From: Candidatus Bathyarchaeia archaeon
GTDB lineage: Archaea > Thermoproteota > Bathyarchaeia > 40CM-2-53-6
Assembly: GCA_035656295.1 (NCBI GenBank)
Contig: DASRSU010000008.1
Span: 8,110 to 72,109, forward strand
DNA: 64,000 nucleotides
Direction of reading: 5' to 3'
This document shows, piece by piece, positions 53,285 through 63,081 of this stretch. Below the pieces are notes generated by a model, which saw nothing but the letters and a program-made list of their open reading frames with translations, had not been told where the DNA came from and ran no database searches. Every line of letters starts with the position of its first letter. The first letter of the stretch is position 1. The translations under genes were made by a program, and so were the position numbers.

Positions 53285-56200
53285 TCACGCAAAGTCGCCG
53301 ATCAGGAGTTTCTGCTGTGTCTCCGCTTCTTTTTCGGCGGGGAGTGGTTTGAAGGTCTCGGACAATTCGACCTTGATCAGTCCTAGCCTCTGACGGTAGT
53401 ATTCGCGGATGTTGTAGCGTGCGACCATTTCTGTAGCCACGTCCAAGTATTTTTCGACTCCGCTGCGGAAGACAGTCCCAGTGAGTTTTCCGCCACACCG
53501 GTAACACTTACCGCCTAGCGGGGCGCGTCGAGGTTTCCACCCGCACTTCGTGCATCTTGCCCTTTGCGAAGTAAACGTTCGCAGGTTACCAACTAGATCG
53601 CGTAGGATATGTGTAGACAGGACTTTCACTGCTACTTCTTCTGCTTTGACTGCGACTATCTGGTCCGCCAGTCGCAACTGTTCTTTCACCTTTTCAAGCA
53701 TCGTCGGCAACTCCTTGTAACTACTTACGAGTCGTCCGTCGTCAAGGTCTAATGTGGAGTGCGTGAGCCCTATGTGCCAGTGATTGCCTCCGTTGCCTAC
53801 GCAAACATTCAATGTTGGAACAAGGTTCTCTACATCTTTCGGATGAGTAGACTGCAGCGTCTTCTCATAAAACTCGACTGGGAATCGGTCAACAGTTTCG
53901 ATGTTCAGCGCCTGACGAGCCACTTCTGATGGGTTTAGCACTGGAGAGAGCAGTAGAGGTGCATCCATCAACCCCCCTATTCGGTCAGGCATGAATTCCC
54001 TCGAAAAATTGAGCAGTACGTCGAATAATAGTGACACTGAATCCTCGTCTCCGTCACAGTCCCTGCGCTTGGCAGCGTGCCAGAACGGATGGGCGTAACA
54101 TACGCTCGCCTTGGTGAACCCAATGATCCTGGCTACTACTCCTACCGAAGTGTGCGGCGAGAGTCCTACGACTAGTCGACCGATAAGGTCCTCTTTGGAT
54201 CTGGCTCCGTAGAACTTTTCCTGGCCGTAGTACAGGGTTAAGAGGTCGTCAAGGAATTTCGAGACTTTCACAAGGTACAGTGCGCAGACTTCCGGGACGA
54301 CAAGGTCCTGTAGTTCAAGCGGACAAAGTTGATCAGGAGACTCCAATGGTTTGCCTTCGACATCTTTCGTGTAACCTAGCAAACGTGCTTCTTCGATGGA
54401 GAGTCCGATTTCTCTGGGCCGGAAATGTGTCAGTATCGCGTTGGTGGCATCGAATCGTACTGTGCCGTCTTTGAACACTGAAACGTCATTCTTGGATCGC
54501 AGAATCCCCTTCTCTAAGGGCTCAGGAGTCTTTGACTTGTTGATCAGTCCCTTTACTCCTTTGACAGGCTCAGTAGGCTTGGCAAGTGATAGCCGATGCG
54601 CCGCATCATCGAGTAGACGGTCTAGATCCAGTGGCTTCTCATGGTAAGGTACTGTCTCGAGATTACAGTTTCCGCACACGTCGGAGCCCGGTTGACCGCA
54701 CCGTGGACACCATTTACGTTGAACTGTGTATGAGCCACAAACTGGACACTTGACACGCGGTTCCCACGTATCACACTCCGGACAGATTCTATCCATGATC
54801 TCGAGTGATAGTGAGAGCTTCTTCGAGGCTTCCACAATGTCCCGTCTTGATCCCCCGAACTGCCCTGTGGGAAAAAGTGAGTGTACCCTCGGTGTCATCA
54901 CGCGCTCCTTTGCTTTCTCTGGGCGTCCCATTCTCGCGCCTACGAAAACAGGAGCCTTGTTCTTGATGGGGAAACCGGCAAGTTTGCTGAGATTGTCGAG
55001 CACGGTGTCGCTCGATTGATCCATCAAGAGTTCGGGTCGCTCGGCCCCGAGAAGAGCGTTTACGATGAGAGCATCATCTCTATCGACTATTATTGAACTG
55101 TTCAGAATCTTATGAGGGAGACACAACCGTTCAAGAATAGTTTTTAGCCGTTCATCGTTCGAGAAAACCATTGAGCCGTCTTCCATTTTGGAATGGCTCC
55201 CTACTCGGTGATGGAAATGCTTCAGATCCTCAAGTTTTATCGAATCCCAAAACCAAGTATGGAAGGGATGAAGCGGTAAACTTAGGATCCGGGATATTTC
55301 GAGGGCTTCCTCAGCGGTAGGCCTCGTTGACAGTGGGTCGTCAACCATTTTTTTCAGTCTGGAAAAGGGAACTGTCAAGGATTCTGGGACGGTCTGGCCT
55401 TCCAGCTCTACAAGTTTCGTGGTCAAGAGTTGGGCCCACCATTCCTCTACAAACCCCGACGCGACAAGGATTCGATTGTTCTCGAGAAATTCTCCGTATC
55501 CAACCATCAAGTCTCCGATGAAGAGAATCTCTTCGATACGGGTCTTGATCGCTTTGGCTTCAGTGACATTGCCGACTCGCAATACTGAGCCGTCGGTCAA
55601 CTTGACAACTGGGGGCTCGATGCTGTCGACGGCTGTGACGATGCCGGCTTTTCCTGGCCTCTCCATCTTTAGCTGCACTCCTACTGCGAGAAATCCTCCA
55701 AGAATCTCCATTGTGCATGGGTGTACCCCTACGCTGGCAAGGCCAGTGTTCCTGGCGTGACCATAACGTATCCGGAATCCACCATGCGCGCTTGGAAATG
55801 CGAAGATGGGACGTCCGCCAACAACGTCTTCCATGAACATGAACTCCTTCGCCTCTTCCCCATCGGCGGAAGATGTTTTCAACTGGGCGAGCCAGTCCCA
55901 TCCCTCAAGTCCCAGTCTCTCGACTATCCTCAGGACTTTCGTCGATCTGCCAAGCAGTCCATCGTTGACGACTCGTAGCGCGCCGCCACGTACACGGTTC
56001 GTCTCTATTCTGGGAAGGTTCCGGTTGACGACCACCTCGACAGGATCTGTCTCGACTCCATTCGGCTCGATTGGAAGGCTCATCATCGTATTGTGCAATA
56101 CATCATCCGGGTTGCGATATTGAAAGCGTGCAACCATCCGTTCGTAGAGTCGCAGTTCTTCGACGAATCTGCGTGCTTCTTGTTCTGTGGCACGGTAGGG

Positions 56201-56713
56201 CTGAAGGTTCAGTTTTCTTCGGACATGGTCCGCCACTATCATCGTAAGACCCATTTCTGTTCCACCGGCCGATCTCATGGGACCAGCAAAATACACGGCA
56301 AGATGTTTAGTTCGATCTGGGTTCGTCCGGATCTTTACGTCGTAGATTCCTTGGATTGGGGCAACGGTCACTGCCTCATCCAAGACAGCTAGGGCAGTCC
56401 GTACGGCCCGTTCAGCCGCTTCCTCCTCGTCGAAGCTTCCGAAACGTCCCAGCACAATCTCTTCACTGATTTTCAGCGCTGTCTCTTCGCGCGAGATCAC
56501 GTTGTTCAGTTCGCGGATTCTTGCAGCTACACCAGGGGGACCAACAGCTTTCTCAACGCGGTCGGCTAGGTCATAGGTAGTCTGTGATTCTACTTTTATT
56601 GAAGGGTCTAGACCTTTGCCGCGGCAGAGAGTTGCTATCGCATACTGCCGTTCATACTCTTCATGCAGCCCTTTCACATAATCGGATTCAGGTCGTGTTT
56701 CATGGCTCTGCAT
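53285..56713 (-). CDS. polD: DNA polymerase II (PolD) large subunit DP2
   Basis: 1142 aa without intein; conserved DP2 blocks including the Cys clusters (CPECDTWEPRVKCPVCG, CPRCG...CGNC, CTKCGWKPRRAPLGGKCYRCGGKL) and GGRPIFAFPSAHGGFRIRYG. Confidence 0.95.
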   Translation of the reverse strand: MQSHETRPESDYVKGLHEEYERQYAIATLCRGKGLDPSIKVESQTTYDLADRVEKAVGPPGVAARIRELNNVISREETALKISEEIVLGRFGSFDEEEAAERAVRTALAVLDEAVTVAPIQGIYDVKIRTNPDRTKHLAVYFAGPMRSAGGTEMGLTMIVADHVRRKLNLQPYRATEQEARRFVEELRLYERMVARFQYRNPDDVLHNTMMSLPIEPNGVETDPVEVVVNRNLPRIETNRVRGGALRVVNDGLLGRSTKVLRIVERLGLEGWDWLAQLKTSSADGEEAKEFMFMEDVVGGRPIFAFPSAHGGFRIRYGHARNTGLASVGVHPCTMEILGGFLAVGVQLKMERPGKAGIVTAVDSIEPPVVKLTDGSVLRVGNVTEAKAIKTRIEEILFIGDLMVGYGEFLENNRILVASGFVEEWWAQLLTTKLVELEGQTVPESLTVPFSRLKKMVDDPLSTRPTAEEALEISRILSLPLHPFHTWFWDSIKLEDLKHFHHRVGSHSKMEDGSMVFSNDERLKTILERLCLPHKILNSSIIVDRDDALIVNALLGAERPELLMDQSSDTVLDNLSKLAGFPIKNKAPVFVGARMGRPEKAKERVMTPRVHSLFPTGQFGGSRRDIVEASKKLSLSLEIMDRICPECDTWEPRVKCPVCGSYTVQRKWCPRCGQPGSDVCGNCNLETVPYHEKPLDLDRLLDDAAHRLSLAKPTEPVKGVKGLINKSKTPEPLEKGILRSKNDVSVFKDGTVRFDATNAILTHFRPREIGLSIEEARLLGYTKDVEGKPLESPDQLCPLELQDLVVPEVCALYLVKVSKFLDDLLTLYYGQEKFYGARSKEDLIGRLVVGLSPHTSVGVVARIIGFTKASVCYAHPFWHAAKRRDCDGDEDSVSLLFDVLLNFSREFMPDRIGGLMDAPLLLSPVLNPSEVARQALNIETVDRFPVEFYEKTLQSTHPKDVENLVPTLNVCVGNGGNHWHIGLTHSTLDLDDGRLVSSYKELPTMLEKVKEQLRLADQIVAVKAEEVAVKVLSTHILRDLVGNLRTFTSQRARCTKCGWKPRRAPLGGKCYRCGGKLTGTVFRSGVEKYLDVATEMVARYNIREYYRQRLGLIKVELSETFKPLPAEKEAETQQKLLIGDFA

Positions 56714-56795
56714 GACCTAGTCTGGTCCCGGATGCTAGCAGGTCTAATAGGTTATTGCTGATTTGACATTGAGACAGATGAAACTACTGGTCTAG

Positions 56796-57047
56796 TCATG
56801 AGCTTGGGCTATAGCGCATCCAGCCCCGACGTCCCGCCCAAGAAACCCACACTATTGCAATTGCTGCGGCCGCGATTATGAGCGCGACCAGGAAGACGAC
56901 AACTTTCTGAAATATGTCATAGCCGGCAGTATAGAAGCCAAGATAGACCAAGACGCCCACGAGGAATCCAGAGCCAATAATTATGGTTCCGATAATCCTA
57001 GTCAGTGCTCCTCTAGAAGCATTATCAACAATACTCATCCGACACAC
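56796..57047 (-). CDS. small 2-TM membrane protein
   Basis: 83-aa hydrophobic ORF. Confidence 0.3.
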   Translation of the reverse strand: MCRMSIVDNASRGALTRIIGTIIIGSGFLVGVLVYLGFYTAGYDIFQKVVVFLVALIIAAAAIAIVWVSWAGRRGWMRYSPSS

Positions 57048-57388
57048 GCACTCCTCCTTCGGACAATCTCCATCGGGAAGTTAAGCTTTCACACGCTCAA
57101 GAATTACTGCGACAATTCTGTCCCACTTGCTGGCTTAATTTGGACGTGGAGCTGTGGAATCATATGATTGTTCGACCTCCGGCGAAACCGTGCCCCAGTA
57201 GCTGTCGCGGTTACTTGAGGACTCGTGCCGTGAGCCGTGGGTCCCCTGCAAGAAGGAAGAACCCTGCTTCAACTCGAAGTTCTTTCCGCAGAACTCACAG
57301 AAGGCCAATCTTGACGATCACTGCATGAGAACTCAGAGATTATGAACCCTGCGTTGAACGGATTGATGTACTAGGGACGGTCGATGAG

Positions 57389-58483
57389 ATGATCGCGGAT
57401 AAGGTCCGGCCTCGCAGAATCGTGCTTCACTTTGACCTGGACGCGTTCTATCCTAGCTGTGAGATCAGGAGGGATCTATCCCTTGCTGGGAAGCCCTTGA
57501 TCGTTGGTGCAGATCCAAAGCAGGGTCATGGTCGGGGAGTAGTCACGTCCTGCAGTTACGAGGCGCGAAAGTATGGCGTCCGTTCAGGCATGCCTATTTC
57601 AATCGCGTACAAACTTTGCCCTCCCCCCACCGGTATCTACGTGAAACCCGACTTCGAGCTTTACGGTAAAACATCCGACAGGGTCATGCAACTGCTCCGA
57701 AAATACGGCGACAGTTTCGAACAGACCAGCATCGACGAAGCCTTCCTCGACGTTAGCGAAAGGTGCAGAAATTTTGAAAGAGCGGCAGAACTGGCGAAGA
57801 ACCTGAAAAACGACCTGAAACAGTCTGAAGGCCTCACTACGAGTGTTGGCATTGCTCCGAACAAGTCCGTCGCCAAGATGGCGTCTGACATTCAGAAACC
57901 TGATGGTTTAACAGTTGTAACGCAGGAACAGCTTCGTTCATTTCTTGAACCACTCCCAGTCGAAAAAATTAGTGGTGTCGGTAAGAAAACCGCACAGTTT
58001 CTGCATGAACACGGGATTCAAACGATTGGCCAGCTACGGAACGTCCAGGCCAAGAAGCTTACAGATTGGTTTGGAAAGGGGGGTATCTGGCTCTGGGGTA
58101 TAGCGAACGGGATTGAGGAGACTCCGGTCGAAGAGAGGCCGTTGCGAAAGTCGATTAGCGTAGAACAGACGTTCGAACGGGATGTTCAGAACAAGCAGGT
58201 TGTCAAGGAAGCTCTGGAGGCGCTGATCCAAGAAGTACATGAACGCCTTCTCGGTGAGGGACTCTTATTCCGGACCATCGGGATCAAGATCAGGTTCGAA
58301 GGTTTCCAGACGTTTACAAGGGAAAAGACCCACACTGGCTACGTCGACGACCCTCTCGTCGTGAACGACTATGTGAAAGGGCTCTATCGAGAGTTCGAGA
58401 AGGACCGTCGTAAAATCCGGCTTGTCGGCGTGCGACTGTCAGACCTTAAGCCTGCGAAGGGTAAACAGGCGACACTGGCCTAG
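57389..58483 (+). CDS. dpo4: Y-family DNA polymerase IV (Dpo4/Dbh/DinB-like)
   Basis: IVLHFDLDAFYPSCEIRRDLSLAGKPLIVG, SIDEAFLDV, and an HhH region ISGVGKKTAQFLHEHGIQTIGQL. Confidence 0.9.
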   Translation: MIADKVRPRRIVLHFDLDAFYPSCEIRRDLSLAGKPLIVGADPKQGHGRGVVTSCSYEARKYGVRSGMPISIAYKLCPPPTGIYVKPDFELYGKTSDRVMQLLRKYGDSFEQTSIDEAFLDVSERCRNFERAAELAKNLKNDLKQSEGLTTSVGIAPNKSVAKMASDIQKPDGLTVVTQEQLRSFLEPLPVEKISGVGKKTAQFLHEHGIQTIGQLRNVQAKKLTDWFGKGGIWLWGIANGIEETPVEERPLRKSISVEQTFERDVQNKQVVKEALEALIQEVHERLLGEGLLFRTIGIKIRFEGFQTFTREKTHTGYVDDPLVVNDYVKGLYREFEKDRRKIRLVGVRLSDLKPAKGKQATLA

Positions 58484-58636
58484 TGAGGCTAAGTTTCTAC
58501 AAAGTTTCAGGGTCCAATAGGACCAAATTGTAAGTTTTCTCTCCGGAAATGAACCTTCACTATCATGCTTCGGTTTCGACACGAATAAACCGATTCCGGA
58601 CGGTAACGATCACTCCTAGAGCATGGGGCACAGTTA

Positions 58637-59494
58637 GTGGCAACAAGGGTCCCTGAACGGTCTATCGAAATCATTGCTCGAGTATACAATGCACTCGGCG
58701 ACCCTGTGCGGAGGCACATCATCCAGATCCTGCAGGAAAAGGGTGGGGCCGGATTCAGAGAGCTCCGAGAAGCTCTCAAGCTCACTCCAGAAAGTCTGTT
58801 TCGTACCTTGAACACTCTAGAAGGAATAATTACTCAGGACAAGAATGAAAACTATCTACTGTCTGACGAAGGCCGTTCCGCCTTGGAGGCGGTTAGAGCC
58901 GGGAATGCTATTGATACCGGAACGGGTCTTCGAGAAACGAGGCCCGGATTCCTAACACGAGAGCTACTATTCGCCCGTTCAGTCTTTCAATACCTGAACC
59001 GATCACCACTCCGAGCGCTTCCACTTGCCATTGCCATAGTATCGTTTGGTGGCTGGGTTTCGTCTCAGACAAATCTTGAACCTCTATTGTTATTCTACGT
59101 CAATCCTCCGCCGGGCCCAAGCCGTGCCTGGTTTCTACTCATGTTCCCACTAGGATGGCTGGCGACATTTGCGGCGGCCGAGATTTTGAGCATTACAATT
59201 TTCCACCGTCGGGGAGGTGAGCTGCGCCTGTTGAATGGTACTGCGTTCGCGTTGTTGCCCCTCCTAATCGTGCCCGTGTTGTCCCTCGCACAGTTTTTCT
59301 CGGTTGCCAAAACAGCGGGCTATATTGTCATAGTGTTGCCGGTGATTCTCCAAGCCTGGGTGGCTTGTCTATTATCCAGCTCAATATCCATTGCCAAGGG
59401 ATTGAAGATGGAACGGACGGCTCTGGTCAGTCTTGGAATAATGTACCTTAACTCTCTAGTAGTGTTGACAAGTCTAGAGTTAGGCCTCTTCTAG
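58637..59494 (+). CDS. ArsR-type winged-HTH regulator fused to a multi-TM membrane domain
   Basis: N-terminus ARVYNALGDPVRRHIIQILQEKGGAGFRELREAL (ArsR HTH); C-terminal ~150 aa with four to five TM helices; GTG start. Confidence 0.55.
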   Translation: MATRVPERSIEIIARVYNALGDPVRRHIIQILQEKGGAGFRELREALKLTPESLFRTLNTLEGIITQDKNENYLLSDEGRSALEAVRAGNAIDTGTGLRETRPGFLTRELLFARSVFQYLNRSPLRALPLAIAIVSFGGWVSSQTNLEPLLLFYVNPPPGPSRAWFLLMFPLGWLATFAAAEILSITIFHRRGGELRLLNGTAFALLPLLIVPVLSLAQFFSVAKTAGYIVIVLPVILQAWVACLLSSSISIAKGLKMERTALVSLGIMYLNSLVVLTSLELGLF

Positions 59495-59523
59495 AAGATA
59501 GCTTCGGAAGCGAAGCGCTCTGT

Positions 59524-59850
59524 TTATCTTATCTTGAGTAGGATGTTCGGTTCTTGTACTCTGACCTCGTAGCTTGGCTCTGGAGTCCGGGCGGGTCCAC
59601 CCTTCACTTCGCCGGTTCTAAGGTCGAAACGGGAACCATGCCATGGGCACTGTACTTCAAAGCCGTGCAAACGGCCTTCGTCCAACGGACCCCCAACATG
59701 TGTACAGACACTGCTAATCGCATAGTACTTTCCATCAATGTTCGCTATCAGTATCTCATGGTCTCCAACTTCCACTTTCCGCATTATTCCAGGCGGTATC
59801 TCGTCAGTGGAAGCGACCTTGACAAAGCCCTCCTGCAAAGTATCTGTCAA
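59524..59850 (-). CDS. Rieske [2Fe-2S] ferredoxin-type protein
   Basis: CTHVGGPLDEG...CPWHGSRFDLRTGEV (CxH...CxxH). Confidence 0.8.
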   Translation of the reverse strand: MTDTLQEGFVKVASTDEIPPGIMRKVEVGDHEILIANIDGKYYAISSVCTHVGGPLDEGRLHGFEVQCPWHGSRFDLRTGEVKGGPARTPEPSYEVRVQEPNILLKIR

Positions 59851-59924
59851 ATGGCTTCTGCAACATTCCCAGTCTAGGGTCTATTATCCCTTTAGAAACG
59901 TGAAGAGATCCGAACCGTTCGATT

Positions 59925-60752
59925 TCAATGGCCATTGCGATTCGGAAGGATTGATGGGATGGTCGCGAGAACGTCGCTGGCAGTCAAGCCCTCGCCAAAG
60001 ATCCTAGCAGCTTTTTCTCCTGATAGTCCAACAACTAGTGCAGCCGCTCTCGCGGCATCGAAAGGACTGCGTCCCCTTGCAAGATGCGCAGCGAGAACGC
60101 CCGCTAACAAGTCGCCAATCCCTCCCTTAGTCATGTAAGGAGAGCCTGCCCGGTCGACGTGTACACGATCTCCATCTGAGATAAAGTCCAGACCACCCTT
60201 TACGCTTACAGTGCAGTCGTATCTTCTAGCGAGTGACTTTACCGCGCGTCGTCTAGCAGATTCCGTCCAGGGCCATGCCTGCCCTGTTAGTGTTCGATAC
60301 TCTCCTCCGTTAGGGTTTAGCACTATCTTCTTCCCTTTTACCACGGCCGGTTTTTCGGCGATTGCGTGCAACGCCTCGGCATCGGCAACTATGGGTTTCG
60401 TGCAGTTTCTAATGATAGAGACTAATGCAGCATGTGCTTTGCGCGTTTTTTCGACGCCACCGCCTACTACAAGCGAGTCTGCCTTGTCGAGCACTTCAGC
60501 TACCTTGTCAGGCTCCGGATACCGAGTAGTGCATGGTACTGTTATGAGGTCAGGTGAATAACCCGCGGCTATGTTCGCGGCTCGTTCGGGTGCTACAATT
60601 ATTGAGAGGTCGGCACCCGCGCGTAGCGCTGCGAGCCCGTTGAACGCGAGACATCCTGCGTAACGTTCGCTTCCGCCAGCGACAATTATCCTGCCGAAGT
60701 CACCCTTCCGAGACTCCCGATCTCGTTTCGGGTAAAAATCTTCTAGCCTCAT
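59925..60752 (-). CDS. nnrD: NAD(P)H-hydrate dehydratase (YjeF C-terminal / carbohydrate-kinase-like)
   Basis: HKG-equivalent SRKGDFGRIIVAGGSERYAGC, VGGGVEKT, GGIGDLLAGVLAAHLARG. Confidence 0.8.
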   Translation of the reverse strand: MRLEDFYPKRDRESRKGDFGRIIVAGGSERYAGCLAFNGLAALRAGADLSIIVAPERAANIAAGYSPDLITVPCTTRYPEPDKVAEVLDKADSLVVGGGVEKTRKAHAALVSIIRNCTKPIVADAEALHAIAEKPAVVKGKKIVLNPNGGEYRTLTGQAWPWTESARRRAVKSLARRYDCTVSVKGGLDFISDGDRVHVDRAGSPYMTKGGIGDLLAGVLAAHLARGRSPFDAARAAALVVGLSGEKAARIFGEGLTASDVLATIPSILPNRNGH

Positions 60753-60822
60753 TTCGAAATCAACGTGGAAGGTTGACAGCTAAATAAGAGACCTGTGAAA
60801 GAGTAGATTGTTCGTGTAGCTG

Positions 60823-61716
60823 TTGCAGGAGACAGTAGCCCCAGAACTGGCCAGCCTAGCAGCAGAATCGGCCAGGGATGAGTACACTGACGGGGCCGTC
60901 TATCTCGCGCTTTCTCGAAGAGAAAGAAATCAAGAGTTCAAGGCCGCTCTCGAAGGACTCGGCCGCGGAGAACAATCGCACTATGAGTTCTGGAAACACT
61001 TTGCCCCGAACGTCGAAGTGAATGCAAAGCGGCTCAAGCTGTACTTTGTATTGTTGCTACGCTTCACTCTGGGCCTAACTTTTACGATGAAATTCCTGGA
61101 GAGGCATGAGGACAAGCTGCACAAGCGGTACCGGGAGATTGCCAAGATGATTCCTCCTGAAGACATGGCCAGATTCCAGGCGATGATGGAGGAAGAGGAG
61201 AAGCAAGAAGAAGCGTTGATGGGCAAAGTCCATGAAGGACGAGTCAAGTACATGTCTTTCATCGTTCTGGGTCTCGCAGATGCGGTCGTTGAAATATCCG
61301 GAATACATGCAGGGTCCCTTGGAATATACAAGAAAACTGAGCTAGCTGGACTGGCCGGGGTCATTGCGGGAATGGCGGCCTCGGTCGCCATGGCGTCCGC
61401 AGCATATGCCCAGGCGAAACAGGGGTTTGAGGGCTCGGCAAAATGGTCTGCGATCTATACTGGCGTATCCTACATGTTCACAGCGGTCTTCCTAGCACTA
61501 CCCTACTTCCTTACGAGCAACATGATCTCGGCTCTTTCCACATCTCTCGTCATAGGCGTAATCCTCGTAGCGATGATGACCTACTATGACACAGTGATCT
61601 CAGCAAAGCCATTCGCAAGGCAGTTCGCCGAGATCGCGGGTATCATCCTAGCAGCGAGTCTTGCCCTTTACATTGCCGGGACAATCATCAACCAACTGCT
61701 TGGAATAAGCATCTAA
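60823..61716 (+). CDS. VIT1/CCC1-family Fe/Mn transporter with N-terminal ferritin-like domain (MbfA-like)
   Basis: N-terminal ferritin/rubrerythrin-like residues (ESARDEYTDGAVYLALS...EQSHYEFWKHF) then five TM helices; the ORF opens at TTG 60823 immediately after a stop. Confidence 0.55.
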   Translation: MQETVAPELASLAAESARDEYTDGAVYLALSRRERNQEFKAALEGLGRGEQSHYEFWKHFAPNVEVNAKRLKLYFVLLLRFTLGLTFTMKFLERHEDKLHKRYREIAKMIPPEDMARFQAMMEEEEKQEEALMGKVHEGRVKYMSFIVLGLADAVVEISGIHAGSLGIYKKTELAGLAGVIAGMAASVAMASAAYAQAKQGFEGSAKWSAIYTGVSYMFTAVFLALPYFLTSNMISALSTSLVIGVILVAMMTYYDTVISAKPFARQFAEIAGIILAASLALYIAGTIINQLLGISI

Positions 61717-61717
61717 G

Positions 61718-62983
61718 TTAGGTCGTCACGCGTACCAACCGCTCCATCAACATCCATCCATGCTCGAGCAATCCCAAACTACCCTTGACCGCATTCGATT
61801 CAGTAAATCTAGGCCGGCTAACTCCTGGCGCACGAGGTCCCGTGATAAGAACTGGTACTGGGTCGTCACTGTGACCTTTGGTCACCCACGGTGTCGAATG
61901 GTCACAGGTAACACAAATCGTCATTCGCGTGGCTGTTGAGGCTTTGTGGAGGGTCGAAAAGAATCTGGAATCGATCCCTTCAATCCTCTGCTTTTTCAGC
62001 TCGAACATCCCGTCGTGACCAGGTTCATCAGGACCTTTCAGGTGAACATAGACGAAGCTATATTGTCCAGCTAGTTTCAGCACGAGGTCCGCTCGATTGC
62101 GATAATCCGTCGCCGACGTTCCTGCGGAGACCTCCTTGACGTCCATTTTCAACAATCGTCCGATCCCAAGTTCAGCAGGCAAGTCAGCTACCAATGCAGG
62201 ATTCAGATTCCATTTTTCCTGGAAACTCTCAATGTTCGGTATCGAGGTTCCGGGATCCCTCATCAGGACAAAATTGGCAGGTTTCTTTCCCAGACTTTTC
62301 CTTTTCTGATTCACGGGGTGGTTATCGATGGCTTGTCGGGTCTTGTAGCCGAACTCGTTTACCAGGGCTGCGGACGTGATCGATGCATGAGAACCGTCCA
62401 AAGGTTCACACTTGGGAATATCGTATTCTTTCTGTGCGGGTTGTGCGATGCTTATATTGCCCTTTCTCATGTACGCGGGGTCAAAGTTGGAAATGTTCGA
62501 TGAGAAGCTCTGCGAGTCCTTTCGGAAAACTACTACGGCTCTGTGTCCTATGGTTGCTTTGAACTCGAAACGTATGTTCTTCAAACGGAGCTTCTCATTT
62601 ACAGCAATGGCTAGCTCATGCGCCTCTTGGGTAGATAGATCACGGCCGGCTCGACGGTCGACGAGTTTGCCTCCCTGAACAGTTGCGAAGCCTGCGCGGA
62701 GGGCTAGGTCGCCGTCTTCGAACTTGACACCGGCACCAAGGGTCTCGACGATGCCCCTTGATAGGTGGGTCTCCAACGGATCGTATCCGAGGATTGAGAA
62801 TACGCCAGCATCGCTTTCCGGAGCGATACCCCGTCCGACAGTGTACATTGACCCAAGAATGCCGTCTTGGGCGAACTTGTCCAAGTAGGGCGTGGAAGCA
62901 GCTTCAAGCGGGGTCTTATGCGCACTGAGTCTATCGCTTGCTCCGTCCATGACAACGAGAACGATGGGAGACATTTCCGACAC
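61718..62983 (-). CDS. apgM: 2,3-bisphosphoglycerate-independent phosphoglycerate mutase, archaeal type
   Basis: N-terminus IVLVVMDGASDRL, metal-binding CDHSTP, GHDGMFELK; 421 aa. Confidence 0.85.
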   Translation of the reverse strand: MSEMSPIVLVVMDGASDRLSAHKTPLEAASTPYLDKFAQDGILGSMYTVGRGIAPESDAGVFSILGYDPLETHLSRGIVETLGAGVKFEDGDLALRAGFATVQGGKLVDRRAGRDLSTQEAHELAIAVNEKLRLKNIRFEFKATIGHRAVVVFRKDSQSFSSNISNFDPAYMRKGNISIAQPAQKEYDIPKCEPLDGSHASITSAALVNEFGYKTRQAIDNHPVNQKRKSLGKKPANFVLMRDPGTSIPNIESFQEKWNLNPALVADLPAELGIGRLLKMDVKEVSAGTSATDYRNRADLVLKLAGQYSFVYVHLKGPDEPGHDGMFELKKQRIEGIDSRFFSTLHKASTATRMTICVTCDHSTPWVTKGHSDDPVPVLITGPRAPGVSRPRFTESNAVKGSLGLLEHGWMLMERLVRVTT

Positions 62984-63081
62984 AGGAAGAGGACTGTTCT
63001 GCCTTGATAGAAAAAAGAAGTGCTAAAAGAAAACCCGTACAGCCCTCGGCCAGGGTGAACAATCTGCCTCCGACACAGTCG